IMG/VR virus record: IMGVR_UViG_3300045988_162372
Length of the DNA stretch: 64,000 bases
Source of the DNA: a virus
Reading direction: 5' to 3' (one strand)
Below, in pieces: positions 17,855 to 27,960 of this stretch. The stretch's first letter is position 1, and each line of letters begins with the position of its first letter. The notes under the pieces were generated by a model. That model was not told where the DNA came from and did not search any database. It was given only the letters and a program-made list of their open reading frames with translations. The position numbers and the translations under genes are program-made.

Positions 17855-17896
17855 ATACTAACATAATTAAATATAGTAACATTTAACATTTAAAAC

Positions 17897-17927
17897 TTTG
17901 TTATTTATATATAATAATGTATATTTG
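17897..17927 (+). promoter_or_regulatory. Bacteroidota sigma-A type promoter for the nuclease gene
   Basis: TTTG (17897..17900), 19 nt, TATATTTG (17920..17927). ATG at 17963. Confidence 0.65.
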
Positions 17928-17962
17928 CACAGCAAAACTTAGCAATACAACGAAGTTATAAA

Positions 17963-19417
17963 ATGAACGGTAAAAACCAATTTCCAAAAGTAACTACTGA
18001 AAGTATTATACAAAGATTTATAAATAAACGTGGAGATGAATATGATTATTCTCACGTAATATATAAAAATATGCATACAAAGGTTGCTATTGGTTGTAAA
18101 ATACATGGTATATTCTATCAAACCCCTCATAATCACTTAAAAGGACAAGGATGCCCAGAATGTAGTAAAAAGAAAGTTGCAGATGGACGTAGAATGTCAA
18201 AAGAAGAATTTATCAGAAGAGCAAAAGAGAAACATGGTAACAAATATGATTATTCAAAGGTTGAATATATAAACAATAGAACAAAGGTGTGTATTATTTG
18301 TCCTATTCATGGTGAATTTTGGCAGACACCTGATGAGCATTTAAGATATGGTTGTAAAAAATGTTCTGTAGAATATATTGCTCGAAAAAGAATAGAAAAT
18401 TCTGCTAAAACATTTGAACAAAGAGCAGGTGAAATACATAATTTCAAATATATTTATGAAAAAGATACTTATAAAGGAAATGATAATTTAATAACTGCAT
18501 ATTGTCCTATTCATGGTAAATTTACACAAATTGCGCATTATCATTTACAAGGTTATGGTTGCCCTAAGTGTGGAATAAGAAAATCTGAAAATGAGGATAA
18601 AATATGTGATTTTATTACTTCTTTTGGAATTAAGGCTGAAAAACACAATAGAACAATAATCAAACCTAATGAAATTGATATTCTTATACCAGAAAAGAAT
18701 ATAGGGATTGAATATGATGGCTTAATATGGCATTCTGAGAAATATAAAGTAGATTCTAATTATCATATTGGCAAAACTAATAAATGTAAAGAAAATAATA
18801 TACAATTAATTCATATATTTGAAGATGAATGGTTAGAAAAGGAAAATATAGTTAAATCAAATATATTAAATATATTAGAAGTATATGAAAATAAAATATT
18901 ATCCGATAATTGTGTAGTTAAAAACGTTTCACCTCAACAAGCTAAATATTTTCTAAATAACAACTATATTAAGGGAGAATGTCGAGCTAAAATACATTTA
19001 GGTTTGTATTATAATAATGAATTAATTTCTTTAATGTCATTTTCTAAATTAAAAATATTAAAAGGTGATGTATGGAAATTAGTTTGTTATTGTAATAAAA
19101 TTAATACAAGTATTTTAAATGGGGCAAATAAATTACTTCAATATTTTATAAAAAAAGAATTGCCATCTAAAATTATTACTTATGTTGATAAACGATGGAG
19201 TAATGGAAAAGAATACGTCGAAATGGGATTTACTTATACAAATGACACTAAGCCTGATTATTTCTATGTTATAAATCAACATAGAATAAGTCGTTTTAAA
19301 TATAAAAAGAATGATTTGACACAAAAAGAAATCTATAGAATATATGATTGTGGTTCAATGTGTTTTGAAATGAATTTAAACAAAAAAAAGAGGACTAAAT
19401 ATATAAGTCCTCTTTAA
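17963..19417 (+). CDS. free-standing homing-endonuclease-like protein: 3 Zn-ribbon modules + Vsr-like PD-(D/E)XK core + GNAT-like C-terminal domain
   Basis: Repeated module (KYDYS.V.Y....KV.IICPIHGEFWQTP..HL.G.GCP.C), then NEIDILIPEKNIGIEYDGLIWHSE...IQLIHIFEDEW, then a C-terminal domain shared with 51928..53625 (ends EIYRIYDCGSMCF). Confidence 0.65.
   Translation: MNGKNQFPKVTTESIIQRFINKRGDEYDYSHVIYKNMHTKVAIGCKIHGIFYQTPHNHLKGQGCPECSKKKVADGRRMSKEEFIRRAKEKHGNKYDYSKVEYINNRTKVCIICPIHGEFWQTPDEHLRYGCKKCSVEYIARKRIENSAKTFEQRAGEIHNFKYIYEKDTYKGNDNLITAYCPIHGKFTQIAHYHLQGYGCPKCGIRKSENEDKICDFITSFGIKAEKHNRTIIKPNEIDILIPEKNIGIEYDGLIWHSEKYKVDSNYHIGKTNKCKENNIQLIHIFEDEWLEKENIVKSNILNILEVYENKILSDNCVVKNVSPQQAKYFLNNNYIKGECRAKIHLGLYYNNELISLMSFSKLKILKGDVWKLVCYCNKINTSILNGANKLLQYFIKKELPSKIITYVDKRWSNGKEYVEMGFTYTNDTKPDYFYVINQHRISRFKYKKNDLTQKEIYRIYDCGSMCFEMNLNKKKRTKYISPL
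17990..18574 (+). repeat. three tandem Zn-ribbon DNA-binding-type modules (protein-level repeat)
   Basis: GDEYDYSHVIYKNMHTKVAIGCKIHGIFYQTPHNHLKGQGCPEC / GNKYDYSKVEYINNRTKVCIICPIHGEFWQTPDEHLRYGCKKC / NFKYIYEKDTYKGNDNLITAYCPIHGKFTQIAHYHLQGYGCPKC. Confidence 0.8.
19387..19415. terminator. bidirectional hairpin between the convergent nuclease and sheath genes
   Basis: aaagaggact / agtcctcttt perfect 10-bp stem with a 9-nt loop. It lies inside the last codons of the plus-strand gene. Confidence 0.55.
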
Positions 19418-19435
19418 TTTTTATTGAATATATTA

Positions 19436-22400
19436 TTAAGCATCTTCCCAAACTGTACCTTGTGGGGTAATAACAAATTCCAATTCAATGTATTCCAATG
19501 TAGGTGTAGGCTTGATATAAATCTTAGCAGGAAGTCTTAGTTGCTCTCTTGCTTCAACACTATCATCAATTTCCAAACGCCAGTCTGTAATACCCCTATT
19601 ACTCATTATATTATCCAAGATAGGAGTGATTGCACTTTCAAATGATTGCTTAGTAGTATTATCATTCGGATCGAAAATCAAACCAATACAAGCAATAGAA
19701 CAAAGTTTTCTAATTCTTAACAGTAATCTACGTTTAGATATTCTATTCATCTGACTTTCTCTTACTTGTAAGTTCTTGTCTCCCCAAATTCTCATACCGT
19801 CTTGTGCAAATGTATTTACGAAGTTAATACGCCCATTATAAAGGGTATCTTGGTCATCTAACTTCAACATTTTCTTTGGTTTAACTCCATCTATCGACCC
19901 CCTGTTCCAACCTGAAGCAGCATACCAAGGGAATGCGATATTATCAGTATAAGCGAAGTTTCTTACCACATCTTTTGTTGGTGGCAGGAACACATATACG
20001 TTGTTATCACTATCAAAATATTTTACATTAGGATAGTATGTACAAGTATAATTACTATCAATATCAGCATCTTCCAAGTTGTAAACTGCGTCATCAGGAG
20101 TATACATTTCGCTTTCAGTATCACCTGCGCCGAAAGGTTTATCAGGTGTAGTTACCACATATACAGAATCTGCACGTTCATTTTCAACCATGTCAATCAC
20201 TTCACCAACAAGCGTAGGGTTATTTACATAGTCAATACCAGGAGTAGCTAATACATTGATGTCTATTTCTTTTGGATTGGAGAACAATCTTGCACCATAT
20301 AAATAAGCATAGTAGTCAGAATTCAAACACTTGTCAGCGACATCAAAGTTGTATTTCTCAGGCTCTTTCAAAACAGAGAAATAAGTACCTTCACCACTTA
20401 TAGTGTTTAAGTTACCACGATATTTCTGGTATCTGAAATCATCCCCAATACTTTTTGAAGTACGGTAATAATCCCATCCATCCCATCCACCATAAAATGC
20501 TACAGTGAATTTTCTATATCTTTTATCTTCGTAAATGGTATTAACCATTGTATCTTCGTCACCAATTCTAGGTTCAATACCCATAGATGTGGTAACATTC
20601 TTATTAACTGTAACCCAAGTATAACCAGAAATAGTATCTACTGTAACGGTTTGAGTATTTCCTTGTTCATCTGTTATTACACCAGCCTCATTAGGCACAC
20701 CATTTAATATACGTGCATCCAAGTGAAAACAAGGGCTTAACCCTTCAGGCTCTCCATTGTAAGCTTCAACACCTTTATATTTCAATATATCCTCATCAAT
20801 ACCAGTAATATCAGAGATACCAAAATATTGTCTATTAATTCTTATATCATCATCGACAGTGGTATTATATTGGAAATAAGGTTGTACGGGGTCTTCTGTG
20901 CAGTGGACAGTCGAAGCGTAGAATTGGCTATTAGAATCAAGAGCAGCAATTCTGCTTATACCTTTATAGTTTCTGATAGGATATCCTAAGAAACCAGCAG
21001 GTATTGAAACCTTAGTCTTATCAGTTTCATTCACTTCTACTGTAATGTAGTTGGAAACTGCTTCATACTGTTCATCATAAGAACCAATCTTTAATGCAAT
21101 ATAATTGCTACTACCTGGGATTAAATCACATTGTGTATATCTTTCCAACACAGACTGAGAAGCATCAGTATCATAGAAACTTCTAACAATAACGTCAAAA
21201 GTACCATTTTCAGGGTCAATATTCTGTATTGAAACCTTAACTTCAGTATTAGCATTGTCACCGTCAGAAATAGTATGGAATCTGAACAGCTTGGTTAATT
21301 CAACATGTTCAGCAGAACCCTTCATTTCAGATACAATCCACGGAGTAGAAGCACATCTATATTGTTCCTTGTAATTGTTCATATCAAGCGTGATAGGTTC
21401 AATGTCACTATCATCATCCTTCATTACATAATACAAACCATCTTCTAACACTTCAACAGCGTCTTCAAATATCTCATTTTTAATAGTACTCTTACCGCTC
21501 AGATACTCTGTCTGATAATTTCCTGTCGTTTGGTCATCGCCCTCCGCATTTTGGTATTCTCCATAGTAATATTCTCTTGTACCATCGGATGTGGTATAAG
21601 CCACTACGGTGTAAATATGCCCAGGTTTACCATTAGTGGAACTCCAACTTCTACCGTTATTTCTTGAAATGTGTACTGTAAGCGGGGTTGTATTGTCTTT
21701 ATCGTTTACGGATTCTGCCGCTGAATACAAGAAACGCTTTCCTACATCTCTTCTTTGCAACGTTGATTCGTCATCAGTAAGAATTGCATCAACCGAAGCA
21801 TGTTTAGGAATAATTCTTGTAACAGGATAGAATTTCGTGCAATTGTTAATTTCAGTAATCAATCCCCTCTCAATTAATTGTTGTAATGCAACATCATACA
21901 ATTCTTCAACGTAAATTTCGGCATCACCCACTTCAGGATCTCCACCTATTACATTGTAAATATAATTTTTTTCATTCTTGTTTAGTGTTACCGAATATCT
22001 CTTTTCAACACCATCAAATCTCTTAACAACAATTGTAAATGTTCCATAATTCGTAACATTAACATTAAATGAGTTTTCAGAAGGAGTATAACCAGGATTA
22101 CAATCCAAGCCTAAAGTCAATGTTTTACTTGGTTCAAGTTTAACATCTGTTGCATAATATTGGATTTTATCATATTCATACTCATCTTCACAAATACCTA
22201 TCTCAGGTTGTTTGGCACGTAAAAATGCAGCTTTCTTATGTTCACCTCTTGAACGCAATACAGCAACAACCATATTATCATAAGTTTTGTCTTCAGAATC
22301 AGTAGCACCTGCCGTTATAATCCATGCAGGCCCAGCATTTACACCAGATAAACCAAGAACTCTTACTACCTGTAATTGGTCTGACTGTTGCAGATAGGAC

Positions 22401-22660
22401 TTGGCGATATATGGTAATTCGTATTTCAGGTATTGACTTCCACGGAACTTTTCAGGATTAGTTCCACCGAAATATGTAGTAAACTGTCTCCAATTCTCAA
22501 TTGCAAAAGGTTGAAATGCAGGCCCTTTAACAGTTTCACCTACCAATCCAAGAGTGGTGATACCAAGTGACTTGGAAGCGTAGGTAAGATCTGTTTCTTT
22601 GGTATATATACCAGGACTAACATGTACACCTCTCACGCTATTGCTATTGTTATTTGCCAT
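19436..22660 (-). CDS. contractile tail sheath protein (gp18-like, enlarged)
   Basis: N-terminus VHVSPGIYTKETDLTYASKSLGITTLGLVGETVKGPAFQP is the typical sheath start (PGVY..E.D). 1074 aa. Lies close to the tube gene. Confidence 0.75.
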   Translation of the reverse strand: MANNNSNSVRGVHVSPGIYTKETDLTYASKSLGITTLGLVGETVKGPAFQPFAIENWRQFTTYFGGTNPEKFRGSQYLKYELPYIAKSYLQQSDQLQVVRVLGLSGVNAGPAWIITAGATDSEDKTYDNMVVAVLRSRGEHKKAAFLRAKQPEIGICEDEYEYDKIQYYATDVKLEPSKTLTLGLDCNPGYTPSENSFNVNVTNYGTFTIVVKRFDGVEKRYSVTLNKNEKNYIYNVIGGDPEVGDAEIYVEELYDVALQQLIERGLITEINNCTKFYPVTRIIPKHASVDAILTDDESTLQRRDVGKRFLYSAAESVNDKDNTTPLTVHISRNNGRSWSSTNGKPGHIYTVVAYTTSDGTREYYYGEYQNAEGDDQTTGNYQTEYLSGKSTIKNEIFEDAVEVLEDGLYYVMKDDDSDIEPITLDMNNYKEQYRCASTPWIVSEMKGSAEHVELTKLFRFHTISDGDNANTEVKVSIQNIDPENGTFDVIVRSFYDTDASQSVLERYTQCDLIPGSSNYIALKIGSYDEQYEAVSNYITVEVNETDKTKVSIPAGFLGYPIRNYKGISRIAALDSNSQFYASTVHCTEDPVQPYFQYNTTVDDDIRINRQYFGISDITGIDEDILKYKGVEAYNGEPEGLSPCFHLDARILNGVPNEAGVITDEQGNTQTVTVDTISGYTWVTVNKNVTTSMGIEPRIGDEDTMVNTIYEDKRYRKFTVAFYGGWDGWDYYRTSKSIGDDFRYQKYRGNLNTISGEGTYFSVLKEPEKYNFDVADKCLNSDYYAYLYGARLFSNPKEIDINVLATPGIDYVNNPTLVGEVIDMVENERADSVYVVTTPDKPFGAGDTESEMYTPDDAVYNLEDADIDSNYTCTYYPNVKYFDSDNNVYVFLPPTKDVVRNFAYTDNIAFPWYAASGWNRGSIDGVKPKKMLKLDDQDTLYNGRINFVNTFAQDGMRIWGDKNLQVRESQMNRISKRRLLLRIRKLCSIACIGLIFDPNDNTTKQSFESAITPILDNIMSNRGITDWRLEIDDSVEAREQLRLPAKIYIKPTPTLEYIELEFVITPQGTVWEDA

Positions 22661-22694
22661 CTATAATCAGATTTTATCGTATTATTAGTTATTT

Positions 22695-22703
22695 ATAAAT
22701 ATC
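22695..22703 (-). promoter_or_regulatory. putative late promoter core (sense GATATTTAT)
   Basis: 34 nt upstream of the sheath ATG 22660. Confidence 0.45.
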
Positions 22704-22743
22704 ATTAAAAATACCAAAGTGAGATATTTATAATATAGAATAG

Positions 22744-23100
22744 TTATCTAAAATCAAATATATTATTAAGGTTATCAATATCTTGGATTGTCAAGTTTAT
22801 TTTGTTGTTTTTCACTACTTTTTCAATATTAATATTATCCTCTACATCAATAGTTATTTCGCTATCAAATACAGAAGAATATAATATCTTTTGATTTTCA
22901 GTCATATTGTTAAAATCGACATTCTCTCCACAAATCATATTCAACCGTTGAAATACAAATTCTTCCATCTCTATTAATTGTTTATACAGTTTGTATAAAG
23001 CAAAAGCAAGATTCGCAGGAAGATTGATTTGTTGTGCAATAATCTTATCAATAGTCTTACTTAGATTAAACCCATATGAAATAGAAATAGTTTTCTGCAT
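22744..23100 (-). CDS. hypothetical protein (start 23100 preferred over 23166)
   Basis: MQKTISISYGF... The longer version would overlap the upstream gene by 11 nt and begins with hydrophobic low-complexity residues. Confidence 0.45.
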   Translation of the reverse strand: MQKTISISYGFNLSKTIDKIIAQQINLPANLAFALYKLYKQLIEMEEFVFQRLNMICGENVDFNNMTENQKILYSSVFDSEITIDVEDNINIEKVVKNNKINLTIQDIDNLNNIFDFR

Positions 23101-23155
23101 ATAATATATAAATGTAATAACTTTATCACTAATTAAGATATTACAAAATAATAGG

Positions 23156-24280
23156 TTATTCAACAATAATCTCTTCTGATTTCACAGGTTCATCATTTGC
23201 ATTTTCGGGAGTGTTTATTTTATCATATACAGTTGACGGATCATAACCAATGAATTTCAAAGATGACTTTTGGTTAACATCAAAATGTCTTACCCTTATC
23301 TTGATGTTATCTCCGTTTTTTACTTTAAATCCTTTGTCAATATAATAAGGTGTATCATTCACGGATAACCTTATTTTTCTTATATTTGTTTTTTCAATGG
23401 TTTCTATCACCATATCGGTATCAATTGTAAATTCTACCTTGTCATGGTATTCTTCAAAGTCTATAGATAGTTCCAAAGATTTATTTTCATAAACATCATC
23501 ATATTCGATAATATCAATTTTTGGCTTTGATTTATTGGTATCACCATCACCGAATAACATTATTCTTTTTGGTTTTTTCTCTACTTTGAAGTCATCTTTA
23601 TTAATAATATATGCCATTACTTTTATGACAAATGACTGCATAAAGAATTTACGTTCATCAACAGAATAAGTTGATTCATCATTTACTGAATCAATTACCA
23701 TAGGTATAAAATGGTCATTAGGACGAATATAACATTGCCTTGCACTGAATAGTTTGTTTATCTTCTGGTTGAATACATTTAGCATAGCAAATTTATCGGT
23801 AATAAAATTTATTCTATACATTAAATCAACAGCAAAAGGTTGTTTCATAGAATATATTTCATAGTGTTCAGTTCCATTATCATCCATTACGTTTCTAATC
23901 CTTAACGTGTAATATCTATCTCCTGGAATATTCCATAACCCCCCTTGATTATCGCCAGTTTCAGGATTATTATCTCTTGACACTGTTTTGAAATTCAATA
24001 ATAGGTTTCCGTTTTCATCAGTATGTTGCCATGATTGACTATATTCATTGAATCTTTGGTTTGAATACCAAGTAAAGGTAGGAATTTTCTTCCCATCAAA
24101 CTCAATATCTATCTTAGTATCCACAAATTCAAGTACAGCTTTGTCTATATCCTCATATTCCAAAGGTTTAGGAAAATAAGGCTCATTATGCATTATTTCT
24201 TTTGTATAGTTTTCACGTCTTTCTCGTCCAAATGCTTTTTCTCTATATTTGATAGGGGTTATGTATTTTTTAGGCTGCAT
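23156..24280 (-). CDS. hypothetical virion protein (possibly neck or tail-completion, by position only)
   Basis: 374-aa ORF two genes upstream of the sheath. No motif recognised. Confidence 0.4.
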   Translation of the reverse strand: MQPKKYITPIKYREKAFGRERRENYTKEIMHNEPYFPKPLEYEDIDKAVLEFVDTKIDIEFDGKKIPTFTWYSNQRFNEYSQSWQHTDENGNLLLNFKTVSRDNNPETGDNQGGLWNIPGDRYYTLRIRNVMDDNGTEHYEIYSMKQPFAVDLMYRINFITDKFAMLNVFNQKINKLFSARQCYIRPNDHFIPMVIDSVNDESTYSVDERKFFMQSFVIKVMAYIINKDDFKVEKKPKRIMLFGDGDTNKSKPKIDIIEYDDVYENKSLELSIDFEEYHDKVEFTIDTDMVIETIEKTNIRKIRLSVNDTPYYIDKGFKVKNGDNIKIRVRHFDVNQKSSLKFIGYDPSTVYDKINTPENANDEPVKSEEIIVE

Positions 24281-24306
24281 ACTTTAATGTTGTTAATTTT
24301 AATATA

Positions 24307-24828
24307 TTATATTCCATCAAATTCATCTCTCGTCACTGGCGCGCACTCAATTACAAGCCACGGAGATTTATAAGCACCAACAACCATATTGTTCGCATTA
24401 TTTATCTTTCCGTCACTTATGACAGAAAAATAATACATGTCATTTGTATCATTCAATACACCAATATAATCACCTCTTTTAATATCACATTTATATGTTT
24501 TTAAAGTATTTTTTAATATATATACGGTAAGATTTCCACTTAACATATATACACCGCTTGATGTTTTATCATCAAACGTCTTTGTTTGAGCTTCTTTTAT
24601 TTCATATAAACAAGGCAATTCTTTTGGAGGTTTAAACCTTATATTCCTTTTATTCGGTGTTTCGTGGTATATGTCATTTGTATTTGTTTTTATTCTATCA
24701 ACTTCATATAACACAATCGTCTGATTAGTATCTTCTTCCATATAGTCAGATAGCAATTCAGTTTCTAATTCATAATCCTCTTCGGAATAGAATAAATTAT
24801 TCCTATTTACTGGTGCATTTATTGGCAT
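24307..24828 (-). CDS. hypothetical protein
   Basis: 173-aa ORF at the head of the minus-strand tail block. Confidence 0.45.
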   Translation of the reverse strand: MPINAPVNRNNLFYSEEDYELETELLSDYMEEDTNQTIVLYEVDRIKTNTNDIYHETPNKRNIRFKPPKELPCLYEIKEAQTKTFDDKTSSGVYMLSGNLTVYILKNTLKTYKCDIKRGDYIGVLNDTNDMYYFSVISDGKINNANNMVVGAYKSPWLVIECAPVTRDEFDGI

Positions 24829-24854
24829 GATTAATAACTTTTTATATAAATAGT

Positions 24855-24885
24855 TTTGCTTTTACTATACAAAATAGTATATTTG
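24855..24885 (+). promoter_or_regulatory. Bacteroidota sigma-A type promoter for the SNF2 operon
   Basis: TTTG (24855..24858), 19 nt, TATATTTG (24878..24885). ATG at 24907. Confidence 0.65.
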
Positions 24886-24906
24886 CAAAAATAATATTTT
24901 ATATAA

Positions 24907-26754
24907 ATGGGTGAGCAATTAAGTATCAGAAAGATTAAAAAAGCATACGATATATTAAAATTTTACAACGGAGATAATAATCAAATTCTTCTTTATCAGA
25001 ATGAATATAAGAATGGAAGTTTTGTGTTGAATGATTTTTCGTACAAATATATTACTTCCAATCAAGATTACACACCGTTACAGATAAATAAAACAATTCG
25101 CATATCCTCTGATTACGGCAACATATTAAAAGAAAAATACAATATAGATTTTATTCCAAACAAGGTAAAAATCACTAAGATAATAGGGGAAATGAATAAC
25201 AGTTATCATTGCTATGTGCAATATAGACAAAGTATCCCCCCTCAACTTATGTATGTGAATAAAAATTACATCATAGATAAACTATTTGATAATAAAACAG
25301 ATTCTTATGAGAATATAGATTTTGATAAATACGATAAATTAGCCGAAAAAAATGGTAGAAAACTAAAACCTCACCAAAAAGAAGCTATAAGATTCCTTCT
25401 TACCAATAAAAAATGTATTTTAGCTGATTCAATGGGTCTTGGGAAAACACTAGATACAATTGTTGCGGCTTTGGAAGGTGGTTTCAAACATATACTTGTA
25501 ATTACGACTGCATCTGTAAAAAGTACATGGAAAAAAGAAATATCTTATTATGAAGATGAAGATAACATTGCAATAATGAGCGGTTCTAAATGGGTAAATG
25601 CAAAGAAATTTACTATAACAAACTATGATATAGTACAAAATTTCTATCAAGTTCCATATGAAGCAGTTGAAGAACTCGATGAAAATGGAGAAGTGATTGT
25701 AAAACTTAGAAAATCACAAAAAAAGGAAGTAATAAACGAAAGTTTAATGAAAAGCCCTTTATTCCAAGAACATTTTGATTGTGTAATTATTGATGAAGCA
25801 CAAAAATTATCAAATAAAACCTCAATAAGATATAAGACAATTTATGATTTTCTTCATAGAGCTAAACCAGAAGCAGTTTTTTTAGTCACTGGAACTCCTT
25901 TGACAAATAAGCCCATTAATCTTTATAATATATTATGTCTTATAGATGCTGATATTACAAAAGATTATAATTATTATTGTATGAGATACTGCGATGGCCG
26001 TAAAATGAAACTAAGAACAGGAAAAATAATCTTGCTTAATAACGGAGCAAGCCATTTGGATGAATTAAGAGAAAAAATTAAACATTTATATATAAGAAGG
26101 TTACAATCTGAAACAAATGGAATGGTTAGTAAAACAGTATTAACAAAAGAATATGATTTAAATGAACAACAAAAAGAAATATATAATACATTATGGGATA
26201 ATTACTTACAAGCCAAGAAAGAATTAGGTGTTGATGATGCAGAAAAATACAAAGATCTAGTGGAAGGTATAATTGTAAGGCAGTATTTGGCTAAAGAAAT
26301 GATACCTAATACTATTGAATTGACCGATGACCAAATAAATTATGGCGAAAAAGTAATTATTGTATGTACATTCCAAGAAGAAATTGATATACTGAAAGAA
26401 CATTACGGAAGAAAAGCTGTTGTTTATAACGGTAAGATGACGGCCAAAGCAAAAGATAAAGCCGTTGATAGTTTTATGAATAATCCTAATACAACAGTAT
26501 TTATTTGTAATTTAACCGCCGCAAGTGTAGGTATTACATTAACAGCATCTCATTACATTATATTTAATTCATATTCATGGGTAAGTGCTGACAATAAACA
26601 GATGGAGGATAGAATTTATCGCTTAACACAAGATAAAGATGTGACTTGTGTATATCAAATGTTTACGGATTCTATTTCAAAAGAAATGTATGATATTGTT
26701 AAAAATAAAGAGCTGATAGCCGAAGAAGTTATCAAGACTGAAAAGGACAAATAA
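24907..26754 (+). CDS. SNF2/RAD54-family helicase
   Basis: LKPHQKEAIRFLL, ILADSMGLGKT (motif I), VIIDEAQKLSN (motif II), LVTGTPLTNKP (motif III), and a C-terminal helicase lobe (VFICNLTAASVGITLT...QMEDRIYRLTQ). Confidence 0.85.
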   Translation: MGEQLSIRKIKKAYDILKFYNGDNNQILLYQNEYKNGSFVLNDFSYKYITSNQDYTPLQINKTIRISSDYGNILKEKYNIDFIPNKVKITKIIGEMNNSYHCYVQYRQSIPPQLMYVNKNYIIDKLFDNKTDSYENIDFDKYDKLAEKNGRKLKPHQKEAIRFLLTNKKCILADSMGLGKTLDTIVAALEGGFKHILVITTASVKSTWKKEISYYEDEDNIAIMSGSKWVNAKKFTITNYDIVQNFYQVPYEAVEELDENGEVIVKLRKSQKKEVINESLMKSPLFQEHFDCVIIDEAQKLSNKTSIRYKTIYDFLHRAKPEAVFLVTGTPLTNKPINLYNILCLIDADITKDYNYYCMRYCDGRKMKLRTGKIILLNNGASHLDELREKIKHLYIRRLQSETNGMVSKTVLTKEYDLNEQQKEIYNTLWDNYLQAKKELGVDDAEKYKDLVEGIIVRQYLAKEMIPNTIELTDDQINYGEKVIIVCTFQEEIDILKEHYGRKAVVYNGKMTAKAKDKAVDSFMNNPNTTVFICNLTAASVGITLTASHYIIFNSYSWVSADNKQMEDRIYRLTQDKDVTCVYQMFTDSISKEMYDIVKNKELIAEEVIKTEKDK

Positions 26755-26823
26755 CATTTTGAAATATTAAAGTTAATAAGAATAGAATAATCATACTATT
26801 TATTATATATAAAGTCAATAACT

Positions 26824-27621
26824 ATGAATACTGAAGAGTTTATAAGAAGAGCGAAAATAATCCACGGTGATAAATATGATTATTCAAAAACAAAATATGT
26901 AAATACCCAAACAAAGGTTTGCATTATTTGTCCAATTCACGGGGAATTCTGGCAGAGATATAGTGATCATTTATATGGAAGAGGGTGCAAAAAATGTATG
27001 GCGGAAAAATTAAGGAATGACAATTCGTTATCCCAAGAAGAGTTTATAAGAAAAGCAAGAGAGGTACATGGTGATAAGTATGATTATTCGAAAGTAATTT
27101 ATAATGGTAATAAAAAGAAAATATGCATTATTTGCCCCATACACGGAGAGTTTTGGCAAATAGCAGGTAATCATTTACGTGGCTATGGATGCCAAAAATG
27201 TGTCAGAAGTATATATGATACTGAAAGTTTTACATATAAAGCAAACATAACACATCATAATAAATATGATTATTCAAAGGTAAAATACGAAGAATATGAT
27301 AAGCCAGTGTGTATTATTTGTCATAAAAAAGATGAAAATGGAATCGAACACGGAGAATTTTGGCAAACACCACATGGACACACACAAGGTAATGGATGCC
27401 CAAAATGTGCGATTGAAGGAATACAACTGCAACACAGAATGACAACCCAAGAATTTATTAAAAAAGCAGAAGAAGTACACGGTGATAAGTATGATTATTC
27501 GAAAGTCGAATATGTAAATTGTAATACACCGATATGTATTATTTGCCCCATACACGGAGAGTTTTGGCAAAAACCTCACAATCATTTAACAGGTAGTGGA
27601 TGTATACTATGTAACGAGAGT
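26824..27621 (+). repeat. four tandem Zn-ribbon modules; modules 2 and 4 nearly identical at the DNA level
   Basis: ggtgataagtatgattattcgaaagt occurs at about 27072 and about 27482. attatttgccccatacacggagagttttggcaaa occurs at about 27128 and about 27538. Offset is 410 nt. Confidence 0.8.
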
Positions 27622-27960
27622 AGGTGTGAGACAAAAGTTAGAAAAATATTATTATCTAATGATATTCATTTTGAGTATCAAAAAAGATTTAATTGGTTAG
27701 GAAAACAATCATTGGATTTCTATTTGCCTGATTATAATATTGCAATTGAATGTCAAGGTGTACAACACTTTAAACCTGTTAGTCATTTTGGAGGAATACT
27801 GGCATTTCACAAACAATATAAAAAAGACAAAATAAAATGGTCTTTATGTGAAGAACATAATATAAAAATTTTATATTATACCATAAATAAAGAAATATTA
27901 AATTCTTCAGTTATAAGAAATGAAAATGATTTATTGAAAGAAATATGGAAGAGAAAATAA
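26824..27960 (+). CDS. free-standing homing-endonuclease-like protein: 4 Zn-ribbon modules + Vsr/DUF559-like PD-(D/E)XK core
   Basis: Four copies of EEFIRKA.EVHGDKYDYSKV.Y....K.CIICPIHGEFWQ.P..HL.G.GC.KC, then LDFYLPDYNIAIECQGVQHF...KDKIKWSLCEEHNIKILYY. Confidence 0.65.
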   Translation: MNTEEFIRRAKIIHGDKYDYSKTKYVNTQTKVCIICPIHGEFWQRYSDHLYGRGCKKCMAEKLRNDNSLSQEEFIRKAREVHGDKYDYSKVIYNGNKKKICIICPIHGEFWQIAGNHLRGYGCQKCVRSIYDTESFTYKANITHHNKYDYSKVKYEEYDKPVCIICHKKDENGIEHGEFWQTPHGHTQGNGCPKCAIEGIQLQHRMTTQEFIKKAEEVHGDKYDYSKVEYVNCNTPICIICPIHGEFWQKPHNHLTGSGCILCNESRCETKVRKILLSNDIHFEYQKRFNWLGKQSLDFYLPDYNIAIECQGVQHFKPVSHFGGILAFHKQYKKDKIKWSLCEEHNIKILYYTINKEILNSSVIRNENDLLKEIWKRK

